A stretch of DNA of 64,000 nt, taken from positions 64,170,001 to 64,234,000 of the forward strand of contig OX597824.1 in NCBI GenBank assembly GCA_951406725.2, in the 5' to 3' direction. Positions 27,887 through 41,123 of the stretch are shown here, piece by piece. Origin of the DNA: Octopus vulgaris. Taxonomy: Eukaryota. The position numbers and the translations under genes are program-made. Every line of letters begins with the position of its first letter. Position 1 is the stretch's first letter. The notes below the pieces were generated by a model. It saw only the letters and a list, made by a program, of their open reading frames with translations. It ran no database searches and was not told where the DNA came from.

Positions 27887-27974
27887 TCTTTATCTAATTA
27901 CTCTACTGCTCTATAACTTAGAGTGTGCTTTTCTATCAGATTTATGATTGTCTGACAATATGTGTGTGTGTGTG

Positions 27975-28202
27975 TTATAGTGAGGTAGGTTGGTTTACAG
28001 AGTTACCTTGGGTTTCTTGCTCATAAAGTATTTAGCCTTACAGTATATCTTCAGATCCCAAACACTGCTGGCGTCAGACTTCTTTAAAATATGGAGGGTG
28101 AAAAGCCTCGTTTTTAAGAGGTGTTTGGGGTCTGAAGATATGCTATAAGGCTATAAGTGAGAAAACCAGGATAATCCCATAAACCAGCCTACCCCACTAT
28201 AA
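27975..28202. ncRNA. Second, related fold-back cassette with hammerhead-like motifs on both strands
   Basis: Minus strand 28003-28059: gggat-CTGAAGA...GAAA-cccaagg-TA. Plus strand has CTGAAGA at 28132. Arms ~27975-28065 and 28121-28202. Shares the 3' tail cttagagtgtgctt..cagatttatg with the preceding cassette. Confidence 0.55.
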
Positions 28203-28265
28203 TATTAATTGTTCTACATCTTAGAGTGTGCTTCTCCTCCAGATTTATGTATTTCTACAAACGAT

Positions 28266-28317
<52 letters not shown>

Positions 28318-28712
28318 ACAACAGACAACACATGTACTTTGTGAACTTATGAAATAAGCAAAAAAATTTTCTTAGCATTTCTATATATATATATATATAA
28401 ATATATATTTGGTTGAAACAAAGAGAACTTACCTATCAGCGAGTTGTGCTCAGATGCCAACACAATCAAAATAAATAGGTAAAATTCTGCACTATTCCAC
28501 CCACGGGTCTATCTACAACATTATATTTACGGAGAACGAGGCATATGATCGAGAATGAATTATAATATAAATAGTAAATTAATTATATCAATTTCACAAG
28601 TGTTCAGTATGTAAAAGGACCATTTAAGGCGAATTCAAATATTACATTATATAATTAGGCTTAGTAAAATAAATACTTGACATACTGAACTTAACAGACA
28701 CACATGTATGTG

Positions 28713-28769
<57 letters not shown>

Positions 28770-31107
28770 GGCTGCTTTCAGTTTCTGTCTAGCAAATCCA
28801 CTCACAAGGTTGGTTCGAGGAAATAAGAGACACACGCCCAAGGTGTCACGTAGCAGGAGTGAACCCAGAACCATGTGGAGCATTTGAATTATCCTTAACA
28901 AGAACTGTAGGATTGGTTAATTTCACAAATTAACTAAGGAAATGCAAGCCATCCAGAGGTTGTCCTTTAGTCACTAGATCTATTAAATACCATCCCCACA
29001 CACACACACTACCACCACATTGTTCTAAAAATAAGAACACAAGGATGTCTTTTAAAACCAAGTATTTCAGTTTTTCATTTTACATTCATTTTCCTATGCT
29101 TGCATGAATGAGTTGAATGAATATGTTATTTGAGGCATTACTTTTTTTTTTTTTGCAGGTGCCCTTCCTGTCATTAACCATAAATAAGCTTCAAAAGTAA
29201 GAAGTGACTGAATGATTTGTTGACAGGAGAACTTTTAACAACACTGCCCACCATACTGTACAAGCAATCACAGATGTAAAGACACACACACACACACATA
29301 TTGGGCTCTCCAATACTGAAGACACTGGACATTGATGTAGTTGGAAAAGTGACTTCTGCTGAAATTTTGGGTTTATCATTTTCATCATCATGATTTAATG
29401 TCCGCCTTCTATGCCAGCATGGGTTGGATGATTTGACAGGATCAAAATGGGTTGGAGAGCTGCATCTTGCTCCAGTGTCTCAGTTTTGGCATGGTTTCTA
29501 TGGCTAGATGCATTTTTTAATGCCAACCACTTTACAGCATGCACTAAGTGCTTTTTATCATGGCAGCAGCACTTGTGAGGTCAGTTTGTAATTTGCTAGT
29601 GTTGGAATCATTTTATTAACATCAGAATATAAAAATAATCTTGTTAGAGAAACATGGTCAAATGTTTCAACAAAATAAACTCTAAATATTGGTCTCAAAT
29701 TCTGGCACAAAGCCAGCAATTTTCAGAGAGGAGCTAAGTCAATTGAATCAACTTCAGTGTTCAACAGGTAATCATTTTATCAACTCTGAAAGGATGAAAG
29801 GCAAAGCTGACCTCAGCAGAGTTTAAACTCGGAACATAAAGACAGACAAAATACTGTTAAGCATCTTGTTTGGCATGCTAACAATTCTTCCAGCTTGCTG
29901 CCTTCATAAACTCTAAATATTAGTGAGACAAGGGTTATTAGAAGAAAATTCTGGTCCATGACATTAACTGCCAGTTATTTACAATCTGTCCAGTATATAG
30001 TATTATGCCACATTATCACTTCCTAAACTAATCTGAATTTATTCATAGCATATTATACATTACAATGTGGTGTAGACAGAGACATAAAAAATAAGGCGTA
30101 ATAACTGATAAAATTCCCAATCCAGCAACTGTAAACCACTTCAATTATATAGATGCATTGTGCACAAAACTTTAGACTAATAAGTTTGCAAGGTGTATGA
30201 GAAAGGGAAGGTGCCTATGTATGCTATATATAGATATATATATACATGTACACATACACACACACATATGCATACACACACACAGAGCCCTACCCCACTC
30301 TATATACCCACGTTTTCACCACTCACTGCATTCCTCTTTCCCACTCTCATGCTTCTTTGGCAATGTCCTGCCACTTATATTATGACCTTTGAACCTCAAG
30401 GGTATGCCCTGGCACTTGCCACTGTCTTTCTCTTACTCAAACATCCCATTTATATTCTGATCTCCCACCCTTGTAAGTATGCCCAGCATTTTGCCACCAA
30501 CCCTATCCTGCTGTCTCTCTTGCTCTCTCTCTCTCTCTCCCCACTTTCTCCTGTTCTTCCCTCAGGTTGGGCAATTATGTATCTCCTTTATGGCAGCTCA
30601 CCTGTTTCTGTCCTCATTCTGTCCTCTCTCTCTCTCTCTCTCTCCAACCAGGTAACTTTGTATGTCCTCTACAGCTAGACATCTGTATCCATCTCTCGCT
30701 GTCTCACTATAACCTTTCATCCTCTGACACAAAATCACCTCCTCCAATGCCGCCTCCCCTCTCAAAAGATTTTTGACTTGCAAGTTACTTAGTGACCCTG
30801 TCAGTGTGGGTGCCACTTAAAAAGCATCCAGTCTGCATTGTAAAGTAGTTGGCATTTGGAAGGGCATCCAGCTGTAAGAACCTTGCCAAAACTGACCTCA
30901 CCTGTGCTTGTGCCACGTAATGAGCACTTAGTCCACTTTGCTGGGTGGTTGGTATTAATAAAAGCATCCAGCCGCAAAACCCTGCTGAAACACACAGATG
31001 TCTAGTGCAGGTTTCTGCCTGGCCAGCTCCTGTCAAACCTTCCCACCCATGCATGCATGGGAGGCAGACATTAAACAATGATGATGATGATGATGAAATA
31101 CACACAT

Positions 31108-31402
31108 GAGAGTGCATGGCCTAGTGGTTAGGACATTGCACTCACAATCGCTAGATCATGATTTCAATTCCTATACTGGGTAATGTGTTGTGTTCTTGAG
31201 CAAAACACTTCATTTCACATTGTTCTGTGATAACAACACCTGACGCATGCACACGGTGCGCCTGTTCAAACAACGTCGATTTGATGGAGAGAGTGAGCTA
31301 ATGTGCAGCACAAACACTTGATCACTATAAACAAATCATTTATGCAGGTTGTTCAGCAAAAGCTGAACATTCATACATCGTCTTCGACACGAGAGTCCAT
31401 CA
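31108..31402 (+). mobile_element. tRNA-derived SINE (family E)
   Basis: tggcctagtggttagg A box, degenerate B box (atttcaattcc), then CORE-like tgtgttcttgagcaaaacactt. Confidence 0.6.
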
Positions 31403-31415
31403 TACACACACACGT

Positions 31416-31457
<42 letters not shown>

Positions 31458-31815
31458 GAGCAAATCTCCCCCCGTCCAATGGACGATGCTGAGTTGTCAA
31501 ACATTTAAACCAAATTTTCTCAAAACAACTTGTCCGACCATCCCATAGGCCTCCCCTTTGAGAAACACTGATTTAACCTAAATTTGAGACACCAGCAAAA
31601 GAAGAAATAAAGATAGACTTTTTTTCTATTCCAAAGGAAAACGATTTTATTCGGCTTTATCGATCGCATTCTCACCTGGAATCGATTTTTGTAATTTCTT
31701 CAAGACTTATACATGTCCTAATACCGTCGGTATCTACATATCAAATTTGAGCAAAATTGGATGGAAGATGCCCAAGATCCTAGAAGACACACACACAGAC
31801 AGACAGAATGGATTT

Positions 31816-31857
<42 letters not shown>

Positions 31858-32388
31858 GAAATATGTTACAAAAAGAAAACAGAAACTACATGTGGAAATG
31901 TAAGGAGAAAGTAAGAAGAAAAAAATAACATCGGAAATCAAAAACAGTAAAGGCTTTTTATGAAAAGTAACGATACATATATACAATTAGATGAACTGAT
32001 GTAGGAATAAAAGTAATACAAGTCATTATTGTGAATTGTTAGAGAGATTCAAAAGCATACCGGTTTTGTAAAATTACTGATCACTGCTTTGAATGAGTAC
32101 CAATTACCGAATGGTGTCAGATCTACTAGTCCCTGAGTAAAAAGATTATGTGTAAGGGAGGTAAGTAGTTCTGGATTTGGTGTAATTAAGATAGATATAA
32201 TTCTGTAATGTGAATGGTGTGGGATGTATGGGTTGTATACACATATATACACACACACACCTACACATATATACACAGACATGACACCACATAAAACATC
32301 ATTTTATGTTAATTTTAACTTGAAAAGGATTATGCTCTTTATTAATTGACATTTTTATGTCTTAGGTTCTATATGTGACAGTTTAATT

Positions 32389-33095
32389 ATGCCACATACA
32401 AAATAAGCCTAGGAACTACCCGAATTTCAAAGAGGCTGAATCGTGGGTCAATTTGAAAACTGGACTTAATCAGCATAAAATCGCAGAAAACCTTGTGATC
32501 CCACCTTCTACAGTTAATACAGTGATTGTGCAATTCACTGAAGAAGGGAAGGAGTCCACATCACATTGCCCAGGTTGGCCAGGGTCCTCTGACAGGATCC
32601 TTCTCTTTGTTAAGAGAAATGTGGAGGATAATCCATGGTGCAAGGCCTCTGACACAGTAGAACAAGTTGATGTCAGTCCCAGAACAGCTGTCACACATCT
32701 CCACAAACTTGGCTACTGTGGCGGAAGAGCAAGAAGGAAGCCACTTCTTTGACCAGCCAATTTCAAGTGGAGAAAAGATTGGGCCAGTGAGAAGGTGGAG
32801 AGGCCACTATTTTAGGATACTGTCATATTCTCTGATGAGTTCAGATATGCCATATTTTCTGATAGTGGTTGGGTGTGGGTCTGGAGACTGTGATCAAGAA
32901 TTTGACATGAAAAGATTGCATCCAACAATGAAACACTGTAGCTATTCTGTGAGGGTCTGGGGAGCAATTAGGAGCAATGGCCGATCAGGGCTGGCAGAGT
33001 GTGAGGGAAACATAAACTCAGATAAATATGTGTCCATATTGCAGAAAGTACTCCTAATCTTCTCCAGTGGTGAAATGATTAAAGAAGACTCTTTG
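32389..33095 (+). mobile_element. Tc1-family transposase pseudogene (3' truncated)
   Basis: HTH region (KIAENLVIPPSTV), ARRKPLL, VIFSDE, PTMKH..SVRVWGAI, GNINSDKYVSIL; stops and frameshifts. Confidence 0.85.
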
Positions 33096-33885
33096 TATCA
33101 TTTAATTACATCTTTTTACATTTTGAGTTCTAATAATACTAAGTGTACTTCACTTTCTATCCTCCTAGGGCAACTGGAGTGGAATCAATAAAATAGGAAC
33201 CAATCAAGTACTGAGATCATATGCTTAAATTTCTAAACTGCCTTGGACCTATATCAAAAAGCCCTATTTTGATATGACAATGCTCCAATATGGCCACATC
33301 CCTCTAACTGTAAGCAGTGGATGAATGAAGAGATGACTCAGATTTTCTTGAGATAAAGTGGTGAAGATGATTTTCAAACGTTGGGCCTCACAGTGGCAAT
33401 GACAAGTGACCAATACCTTTGGCAATACACCATGCTTGAAAAGACCTGTCAAGCCAAGAGAAATCATTGTTGTGGCCAATGATAGAGAAAAGTTATACTT
33501 TGCTGATGAGGGGGAAAAAAAACAAATCTGTTACTGTGTCACACTGTCAGCCTGAGATTTATGATAATGCTACAAATGCTTGTGGAATATTGTGCTACAC
33601 TATAGATTACTACAAGTAAATAGTTATATCACTACCACTTCCACTGACATTATCTTTATTCCTGCTTTCAATGTGCAAGGGATTGTCTAACAGACCTGGA
33701 TAGGCACAGGAATAGTTATGTGATTAAGATACTTCCAACATGTGCAGTGCTTTGAGCAAGTGTCTTTCTACTATAGCTCTGGGCTAACCAAAACCTTATG
33801 AGTGGACCTGGTAGACAGAAATTGAAAGATGCTTGGAGAGAGTGAGTGAATATGTGTGTGTGTGTGTGTGTGTGCTTGTGTGCAC

Positions 33886-34052
33886 TAAGGCTACCATTGG
33901 TTTCATGTTAAGGAGCACTTCAATAATTACCAGGCCTATCACATGGAAACATCAGCGTTCATCTCTAAAATAGAAACAAACACTAATATTTCTATGAGAA
34001 AGGCTTGATAATTGTTGAGGTATTCCTGAATATGAAACCAATGGTAGCCTTA
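33886..34052. ncRNA. Fold-back cassette with two degenerate hammerhead-like copies in opposite orientation
   Basis: Right arm: aggc-TTGATAA-ttgttgaggtattcctgaatat-GAAA-ccaatgg-TA-gcct. Left arm reverse complement: aggc-CTGGTAA-...-GAAA-ccaatgg-TA-gcct. Confidence 0.5.
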
Positions 34053-34129
34053 ATAGACAAAGAATCTTTATCCACCAATGCAGTGTTGAGCACTCATTCA
34101 CAATGTCCGATATTTATGTATCAATCTAT

Positions 34130-34167
<38 letters not shown>

Positions 34168-35494
34168 TTTTATATTGTTTGGAATATCTCTGAATAAACT
34201 GATGTCTATAAGTCAATTTCTTCTTTTTTTCTAATATATATATATATACACACACACACGGTATTTGTAAATGAGTGTTGCTGTCATACAAGTAGTGCAA
34301 CTAATAGTGCAAGGTGTTGCACTAAATGCTCTTATACGTCTGCCAATGCACCACGTAGAAAACAATATTAGTCATCTACTGATATCATTTAACTTTTATA
34401 ACTTATCTGAATATATCTGTTTAACGTGTCTAACCTTCTCACTTACATAGATCTCTAACCTAGAAACATTTAAGGATATTTAGCCTCTGTCTAGAAATGG
34501 TACAAAGCTTTAGCAACACAAAACTTTCCTCCGTGTTGAAATACATATCATAAAGTCCTGCGGCTCCAAAAAATATTTAATCTTTTCCTAAAAATAGTAT
34601 AAAGTGGCTGAAAGCTTTAGCTATACAAACCCTTCATTATCATCCTCATTTCAAATCCAACTTCCATGCTGGGATGAGTTTTACAGTTTGACAGGGTGTG
34701 ATGAGTTTCACATCAATATCAATTTCGGCATGGTTTCTATGACTGAATGCCCTTTCTAATACCAACCAATCTACAGAGTTTACTAGGTGCTTTCTTTTTG
34801 TTGTTCCACACTAGTCATGATTGCTTCGTAACATGCAAGACTAAAGGCCTAAAGAGGTTCCTGTTACTGAAGGACAACAGAAGAGGGAGTAGCTGATAAC
34901 TCTAGAGGGTTGGTAAGTAAGAGAAGAGGGTGGGGAAGTATGGTAAGGAAAAGGGGGAAAGAAGGGATTAGTAACAGAGTTGAGAAAAAGAAAGGGATAG
35001 GGTTGAAAAGGTGATGGAATCGATTGTTTAAGGAAAAGGTGGTCATGTTAAAATATATGTCATAGAGAAGCAGTGCAGGGCATTGTGTTGGGTGACAAAA
35101 ACATTACCTAAATGATGAGCTGCTATTTGGCCCCAGTTCCAGCGTGATTGAGAATGTCTGTGACCAAAAGAGTCGAAAGTATTTCACCCATTTCCATCCT
35201 GTCTTCATTTTGTGTCAGCCACTTCTAGTCACAAGGCCCAGGGTTACAGAAGATACTTAGAAAAGATGCCACACAATGGGACTAAACACAAAACAATTTG
35301 GTTGAGAAGCAAACTTCTTAACAACACTCCTATTTATATATATATATATATATATAGGCACAGGCATGGTAAGAAGCTTGATTTTCAACCAGGTACACTT
35401 GCTCAAGGTGCATGGCACCTTGACCAAATGTCTTCTATAATCTCAGGCTGATCAAAGTCTAGTAAGTGGATTTGGTAGACAGAAACTGAAAGTA

Positions 35495-35722
35495 AGGTGA
35501 CGAGCTGGCAGAAGCATTAGGACGCCAGACGAAATGCTTAGCGGTATTTCGTCTGCTATTATGTTCTGAGTTCAAATTCCGCCTAGGTCGATTTTGCATT
35601 GCATCCTTTCGGGGTCGATTAAATAAGTACCAGTTACGCACTGGGGTCGATGTAATCAACTTAATCTCTTTGTCCTTGTTTGTCCCCTCTATGTTTAGCC
35701 CACTGTAGGTAGTAAAGAAATA
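35495..35722 (+). mobile_element. tRNA-derived SINE (family C) inserted into a family-A SINE with a 14-bp target-site duplication
   Basis: agaaactgaaagta at 35481-35494 and 35723-35736; head gagctggcagaa...gagttcaaattccgcc. Related fragments near 14160, 19860 and 29700. Confidence 0.85.
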
Positions 35723-37184
35723 AGAAACTGAAAGTAGCCCATCATATATGTTTGTGTGTGTGTGTGTGTCTTTGTTTTGGTATTTATCCCCCCATCACTG
35801 CTTGACAACCAGTGTTGGTGTGTTTACATCCCCATAAATTTGAGATTCAGCAAAATAGACCAATAGAATAAGTCCTAGAGTTAAAAAAATAAATCCTGGG
35901 ATCAATACGTTCAACTGAAACCGTTCAAGGCATTGCTCCAGCATGGCCACAGTCAAATGACAAACAAGCAAAAGAATAAAGAATATATATATATATATAT
36001 ATATATAAACACACATACATACACAAACATGCATATCCAAATTCTTCACAATTAAAGAATAGTTTGAAAACTTTAAGGGCATATAAATATTGCATAGTTC
36101 CTGAAGAACATCCAAGAAGATTACCACTCAAAAAAGAATTTTAAAGAAGGAAAAGTTTGTGAAGATATATATGTGTGTGTGTGTATGTGTGTCATCATCA
36201 TCATTTTAGTGGTCAATTTTCCATGCTTGCATGTGTCAGACAGAATTTGTCGAGGCAGATTATCTATAGCCAGATGGCCTCATGCTGCCAACGTTAATCT
36301 GTTTTCAAGCAAGGTAATATTTCCTCGAGCCAGATATGATTTTGGCTAAGATTGGAGAGAAATGACATGTCTTGTTTGATGGTGATGATCATTTACAACC
36401 ACTATGTGATATTAAAGCAAAGGTATATGCACAATCAATCAATCAATCTATCTATCTATCTATCTCTTTTACTTGTTTCAGTCATTTGACTGTGGCCATG
36501 CAGGAGCCCTGCCTTTAGTCAAGCAAATCGGCTCCAGGACTTATTCTTTGTAAGCCTAGTACTTATTCTATCGGTCTCTCTTGCCAAACTGCTAGGTTAA
36601 GGGGACGTAAACACACTAGCATCGGTTGTCAAGTGATGTTGGGGGAGACAAACACAGACACACAAACATATATACACACACACACACATACATACATACA
36701 TACATATATATATCACGTCCGTGCCGGTGGCACATAAAAAGCACCATCCGATCATGGCCATTGCCAGCCTCGCCTGGCCCCCGTGCCGTTGGCATGTAAA
36801 AAGCACCATCAAACCGTGGCCGTTTGCCAGCCCCATCTGGCACATAAAAAGCACCCACTACACTCATGGAGTGGTTGGCGTTAGGAAGGGCATCCAGCCG
36901 TAGAAACATTGCCAGATCAGACTGGGCCTGATGCAGCCTTCTGGCTTCCCAGACCCCAGTTGAACCGTCCAACCCATGCTAGCATGGAAAGCGGACGCTA
37001 AGTGATGATGATGATGATATATACACATATATACGATGGGCTTCTTTCAGTTTCCGTCTACCAAATCCACTCACAAGGCTTTGGTCGGCCTGAGGCTATA
37101 GTAGACGACACTTGCCCAAGGTGTCACGCAGTGGGACTGAACCCAGAACCATGTGGTTGGTAAGCAAGCTACTTACCACACAGC

Positions 37185-37229
<45 letters not shown>

Positions 37230-37458
37230 CAGTTTCTATCTGCCAAATGTATCTTTGTCTGTTTCAGTCATTAGACTTCAGCCATGCTAGACCACCACCT
37301 TGAAGAACTATTTTAGTCGAATGAATCAACCCCAGAAATTTTTTTTTTTCCAAGCCTTGTTTTTAATTTATTGGACTCTTACTGCCAAACCACTGTGTTG
37401 CAGGGATGTAAACAAACCATCACTGGTTGTCAAGTGGTGGTGGGAGACAAATGCACAT

Positions 37459-37492
<34 letters not shown>

Positions 37493-38185
37493 CAGGCTTC
37501 TTTCAGTTTCTATCCACCAAATCCACTCACAAGGCTTTGGTCGGCTTGAGGCTATGTAGAAGACACTTGTGCAGTGGAACTGAACCTGGAACCATGCGGT
37601 CACCTTTAGTGACACATATATAAAAAATGTGGCATGTGTATGTTTGTGTGTGTGTTTCATTTGACAATCAACAATATAGAAGTTAACTAGACCCACACAA
37701 TAGTAATTACTTTATAAGGGGCAGAGGAATTTCAGGTATGTGTAAAAACATTTCATGATAGATTCTTGTTTTCTTACTTTACAAAACCAGCCTATATATA
37801 TCCATTCTTCCAGATAATTATGTGACAGAATCATATTTAATACGTGAATAATTCTTTTTGTTTCATTATCAGGGATTGGGAGTTTTAATACCTATGCTTA
37901 TTTGAGGACAGTTTCTGTACAAAAACAAAATAAGAAGTGAAAAACTATTGGTCTGTAGCTAATATTGTAGCTGTGCCCAATGTCATGTGTGGAACAATAA
38001 AAGTAGGTTTGTAAAAGGGTGTGCATGGATGTGTGTGAAAGTGTATGTAGGTGTTGGTGTACGTGTGATAGTTCGTGTTTCTGCTTTATAGTGTAGCTAT
38101 TTATATATTTGTAAGCATGGGTGTGGATATTTCTTGAATTCACAATTATATATATATAAATGTGTGTGTGTGTGTATATATATAT

Positions 38186-40509
38186 ATCATCATCATCATC
38201 ATCGTTTAACGTCCGTTTCTACAGCTGGATGCCCTTCCTAATGCCAACCACTCCATGAGTGTAGTGGGTGCTTTTTACGTGCCACCTGCACAGGGGCCAG
38301 GCGAGGCTGGCAATGGCCACGATCGGATTGGTGCATTTTACATGCCACCAGCACGGAAGCCAATCAAGGCGGCGCTGACATCGGCCATGATTCGGATAGT
38401 GCTTTTTACGTACCACCAGTCCAGGGGTCCTGGCATCTGCCGGGTGCCAGTCATAGGATTGGTTCAATTTCGATTCCGATTTCGATTTCACTTGCCCCAA
38501 CAGGTCTTCGCAAGCAGAGAAGGGGGTTGGCATGGATGCCTGTCATCTGATGAGGTTCGACTTCGCTTGCCTCAACAGGTCTTTGTGTGTCCAAGGGAGG
38601 AAAGGCATGCATAAGTGGGCTGGACTCACTTGTCCTGCCTGATCTTCTCACGCACAGCATATTCCCAAAGGTCTCGGTCGCTGGTCATTTCCTCAGTAAA
38701 GCCTAAAGTTCGAAGGTCGTGCTTCACCACCACGTCCCAGGTTTTCCTGGGTCTACCTCTTCCATGGGTTCCCTCAACTGCAAGGGATTGGCACTTTTTC
38801 ACACACCTATCTTCATCCATTCTCGCCACATGACCATACCAGCGCAATCGTCTCTCTTGCACACCACAACTGATGCTTCTTAGGTCCAACATTTCTCTCA
38901 AGGTACTAATGCTCTATCGAGTATGCACACTGACATTACACATCCATCGGTGCATACTGGCTTCATTCCTCGCGAGCTTACACATGTCCTCAGCAGTCAC
39001 AGCCCATGTTTCACTGCCATGTAGCATGGCTGTTCGTACACATGCATCATACAGCCTGCCTTTTACTCTGAGCGAGAGGCCTTTAGTCACCAGCAGAGGT
39101 AAGAGCTCCCTGAACTTTGCCCAGGCTATTCTTACTCTAGCAGTTACACTTTCAGCGCACCCACCCCCACTACTGACTTGGTCACCTAGATAATGGAAGC
39201 TATCAACTACTTCTAGTTTTTCCCCCTGGAAAGTGACAGAAGTTGTTTTCTGCAGATTTTCAGAGTTTATTGCTCCTGAGCATCTGCCACATACAAAAAC
39301 TATCTTCCCAGTTAGCCTTCCTTTGACATTGCTGCACCTCTTATGTGTCCATAGTTTACACTGGGTACATCTTATAGAGTTTCTACCTACACCTTTTCTA
39401 CAGATCGAGCAGGGCCATCTTCCTGAAGACATTTGTGGTTTGTCTACCTTCCTACTTATTAGTAATTTGGTTTTAGCTAGGTTGACTCTAAGGCCCCTCG
39501 ATTCTAATCCCTCCTTCCACACCTGAAACTTCTCCTCCAGTTCTAATAGTGACTCAGCAATTAGAGCAAGGTCGTCAGCATAGAGGAGCTCCCAGGGGCA
39601 ACCTGTCTTGAATTCCTCCATAATTGCCTGGAGGACTATGATAAATAGGTGGGGGCTGAGGACTGAACCCTGGTGGGCCCCAACCTCTACCTTGAATTCT
39701 TCTGTGTACATGTTGCCAACCCTAACCTTACTTACGGCATCCCTGTACATGGCTTGCACATCTCTCACCAGCCATTCATCTATCCCTAGTTTCCTCATTG
39801 ACCACCAGATAAGGGATCGGGGGACCCTGTCAAAGGCTTTCTCCATGTCAACGAAAGCCAGGTACAGGGGCTTATCTTTGGCTAGGTATTTCTCCTGCAG
39901 CTGTCTCACCAGAAACATGGCATCAGTGGTGCTTTTCCCTGGCATGAAACCAAACTGCATCTCATCCAATTTGACTCTCTCCCTAATCAGTTGGGCTATG
40001 ACCCTCTCCATAACCTTCATTACCTGATCCAACAGCTTGATGCCTCTGTAATTATTTGTATCTAGGGTGTCTCCTTTACCTTTGTAGCAGTTGACTATTA
40101 TGCTGCTACACCAGTCATTGGGTATGACTCCTTCATGTATCACCTGGTTAACTATACGGGTGACTAGGTTATAGCCAACACTGCCAGATATTTTGAGCGT
40201 CTCTGCAGTAATTCCTGATGGGCCTGGGGCTTTCCCTGTCTTCATGCTTCTAATTGCCTTAACTACCAAAGAATTGTCAACTCGGATGGCTGGTCCCTCT
40301 GCTGGGTTGACATTCGGCAGACTCTCTTTATCCCATTCATTTTCTTTATTCAGCAACCTTTCATAGTGGCATCTCCAAACCTCTCTCTTTGCATCTTCAT
40401 TTAGCACAAGTGAACCATCATCCATGCAGACACATTTCTCTCCTACCACATCACGATTTTCTCTCACACACTGTCTTGCAACACGAAATACCTCAAGTCT
40501 TTGGTCCAA
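38186..40509 (-). mobile_element. Young 5'-truncated RTE LINE: RT ORF with one in-frame stop, 3' UTR and (GAT)n tail
   Basis: 531-aa ORF (GKAPGPSGI, NYRGIKLL, MQFGF, FVDMEKAFD, QGSVLSP, YADD) stops at 38914 and continues in frame (RRLRWYGHV, GRPRKTW) to 38626. No endonuclease domain. Confidence 0.95.
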
Positions 40510-40516
40510 ATACCTC

Positions 40517-40815
40517 CACCGTGACCAACCAGGCTATCAGATGCTGCTACACATCGCTGGTCACAATGCGCTTCACATTGTTTTAGCCTTCAAATGATGC
40601 CACCCCACTGGCTAAGCAAACAGGCCAACAGAAGAAAGACTGAGAGAAAGTTGTGGTGAAAGAGTACAGCAGGGATCACCACCACCTGCCAGAGCCTCAT
40701 GAAGCTTTAGGTGTTTTCAGTCAATTAACACTCATAACATGCGGTCTGGGAATCGAAACCGCGATCCTACAACCGCGAGTCTGCTTCTATAACCACTGGG
40801 CCATTGCGCCTCCAC
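40517..40815 (-). mobile_element. tRNA-derived SINE (family D) fused to the 5' end of the RTE
   Basis: Minus strand gtggaggcgcaatggcccagtggtta...gactcgcgg...ggtttcgattccc: A and B boxes with a TCG anticodon-like loop. Confidence 0.7.
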
Positions 40816-40853
40816 TGTATATATATATATATATATAAATGTATATATATATA

Positions 40854-41123
40854 TTTTTCAAGAGGAATGACAATTAGAAACAATTCTTTACAAAAATGAA
40901 GATATTAGGATGTGATTTTATGAAAATCACAGCAACTTTCCTATAAACTTATCTAGAACTATTAACTTAGTCTGTATAATAATGTCCTCACAATGTACAA
41001 GAAATTGTATGCATATCTGTTTGATTGAGCTCCTTCACAAGACGCTTTCCCTTGTACATTATTGCCCATCCTAATCTTCATTTTTGTAAAGAATTGTTCC
41101 ATATCTTCATTCCTCTTGAAAAA
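40854..41123. repeat. Fold-back, ~57-bp arms between (TA)n tracts
   Basis: tttttcaagaggaatga..aacaattctttacaaaaatgaagat.attaggatg versus its near reverse complement at 41067-41123. Confidence 0.8.

Noticed and set aside
31455-31850. Helitron/Helentron-like non-autonomous element
   Set aside because: The acagacag-(TA)n end is suggestive, but I could not confirm diagnostic termini.
38545-38575. CTGATGA as a hammerhead
   Set aside because: No GAAA or stem III follows; it lies in the antisense of the RTE 3' UTR.
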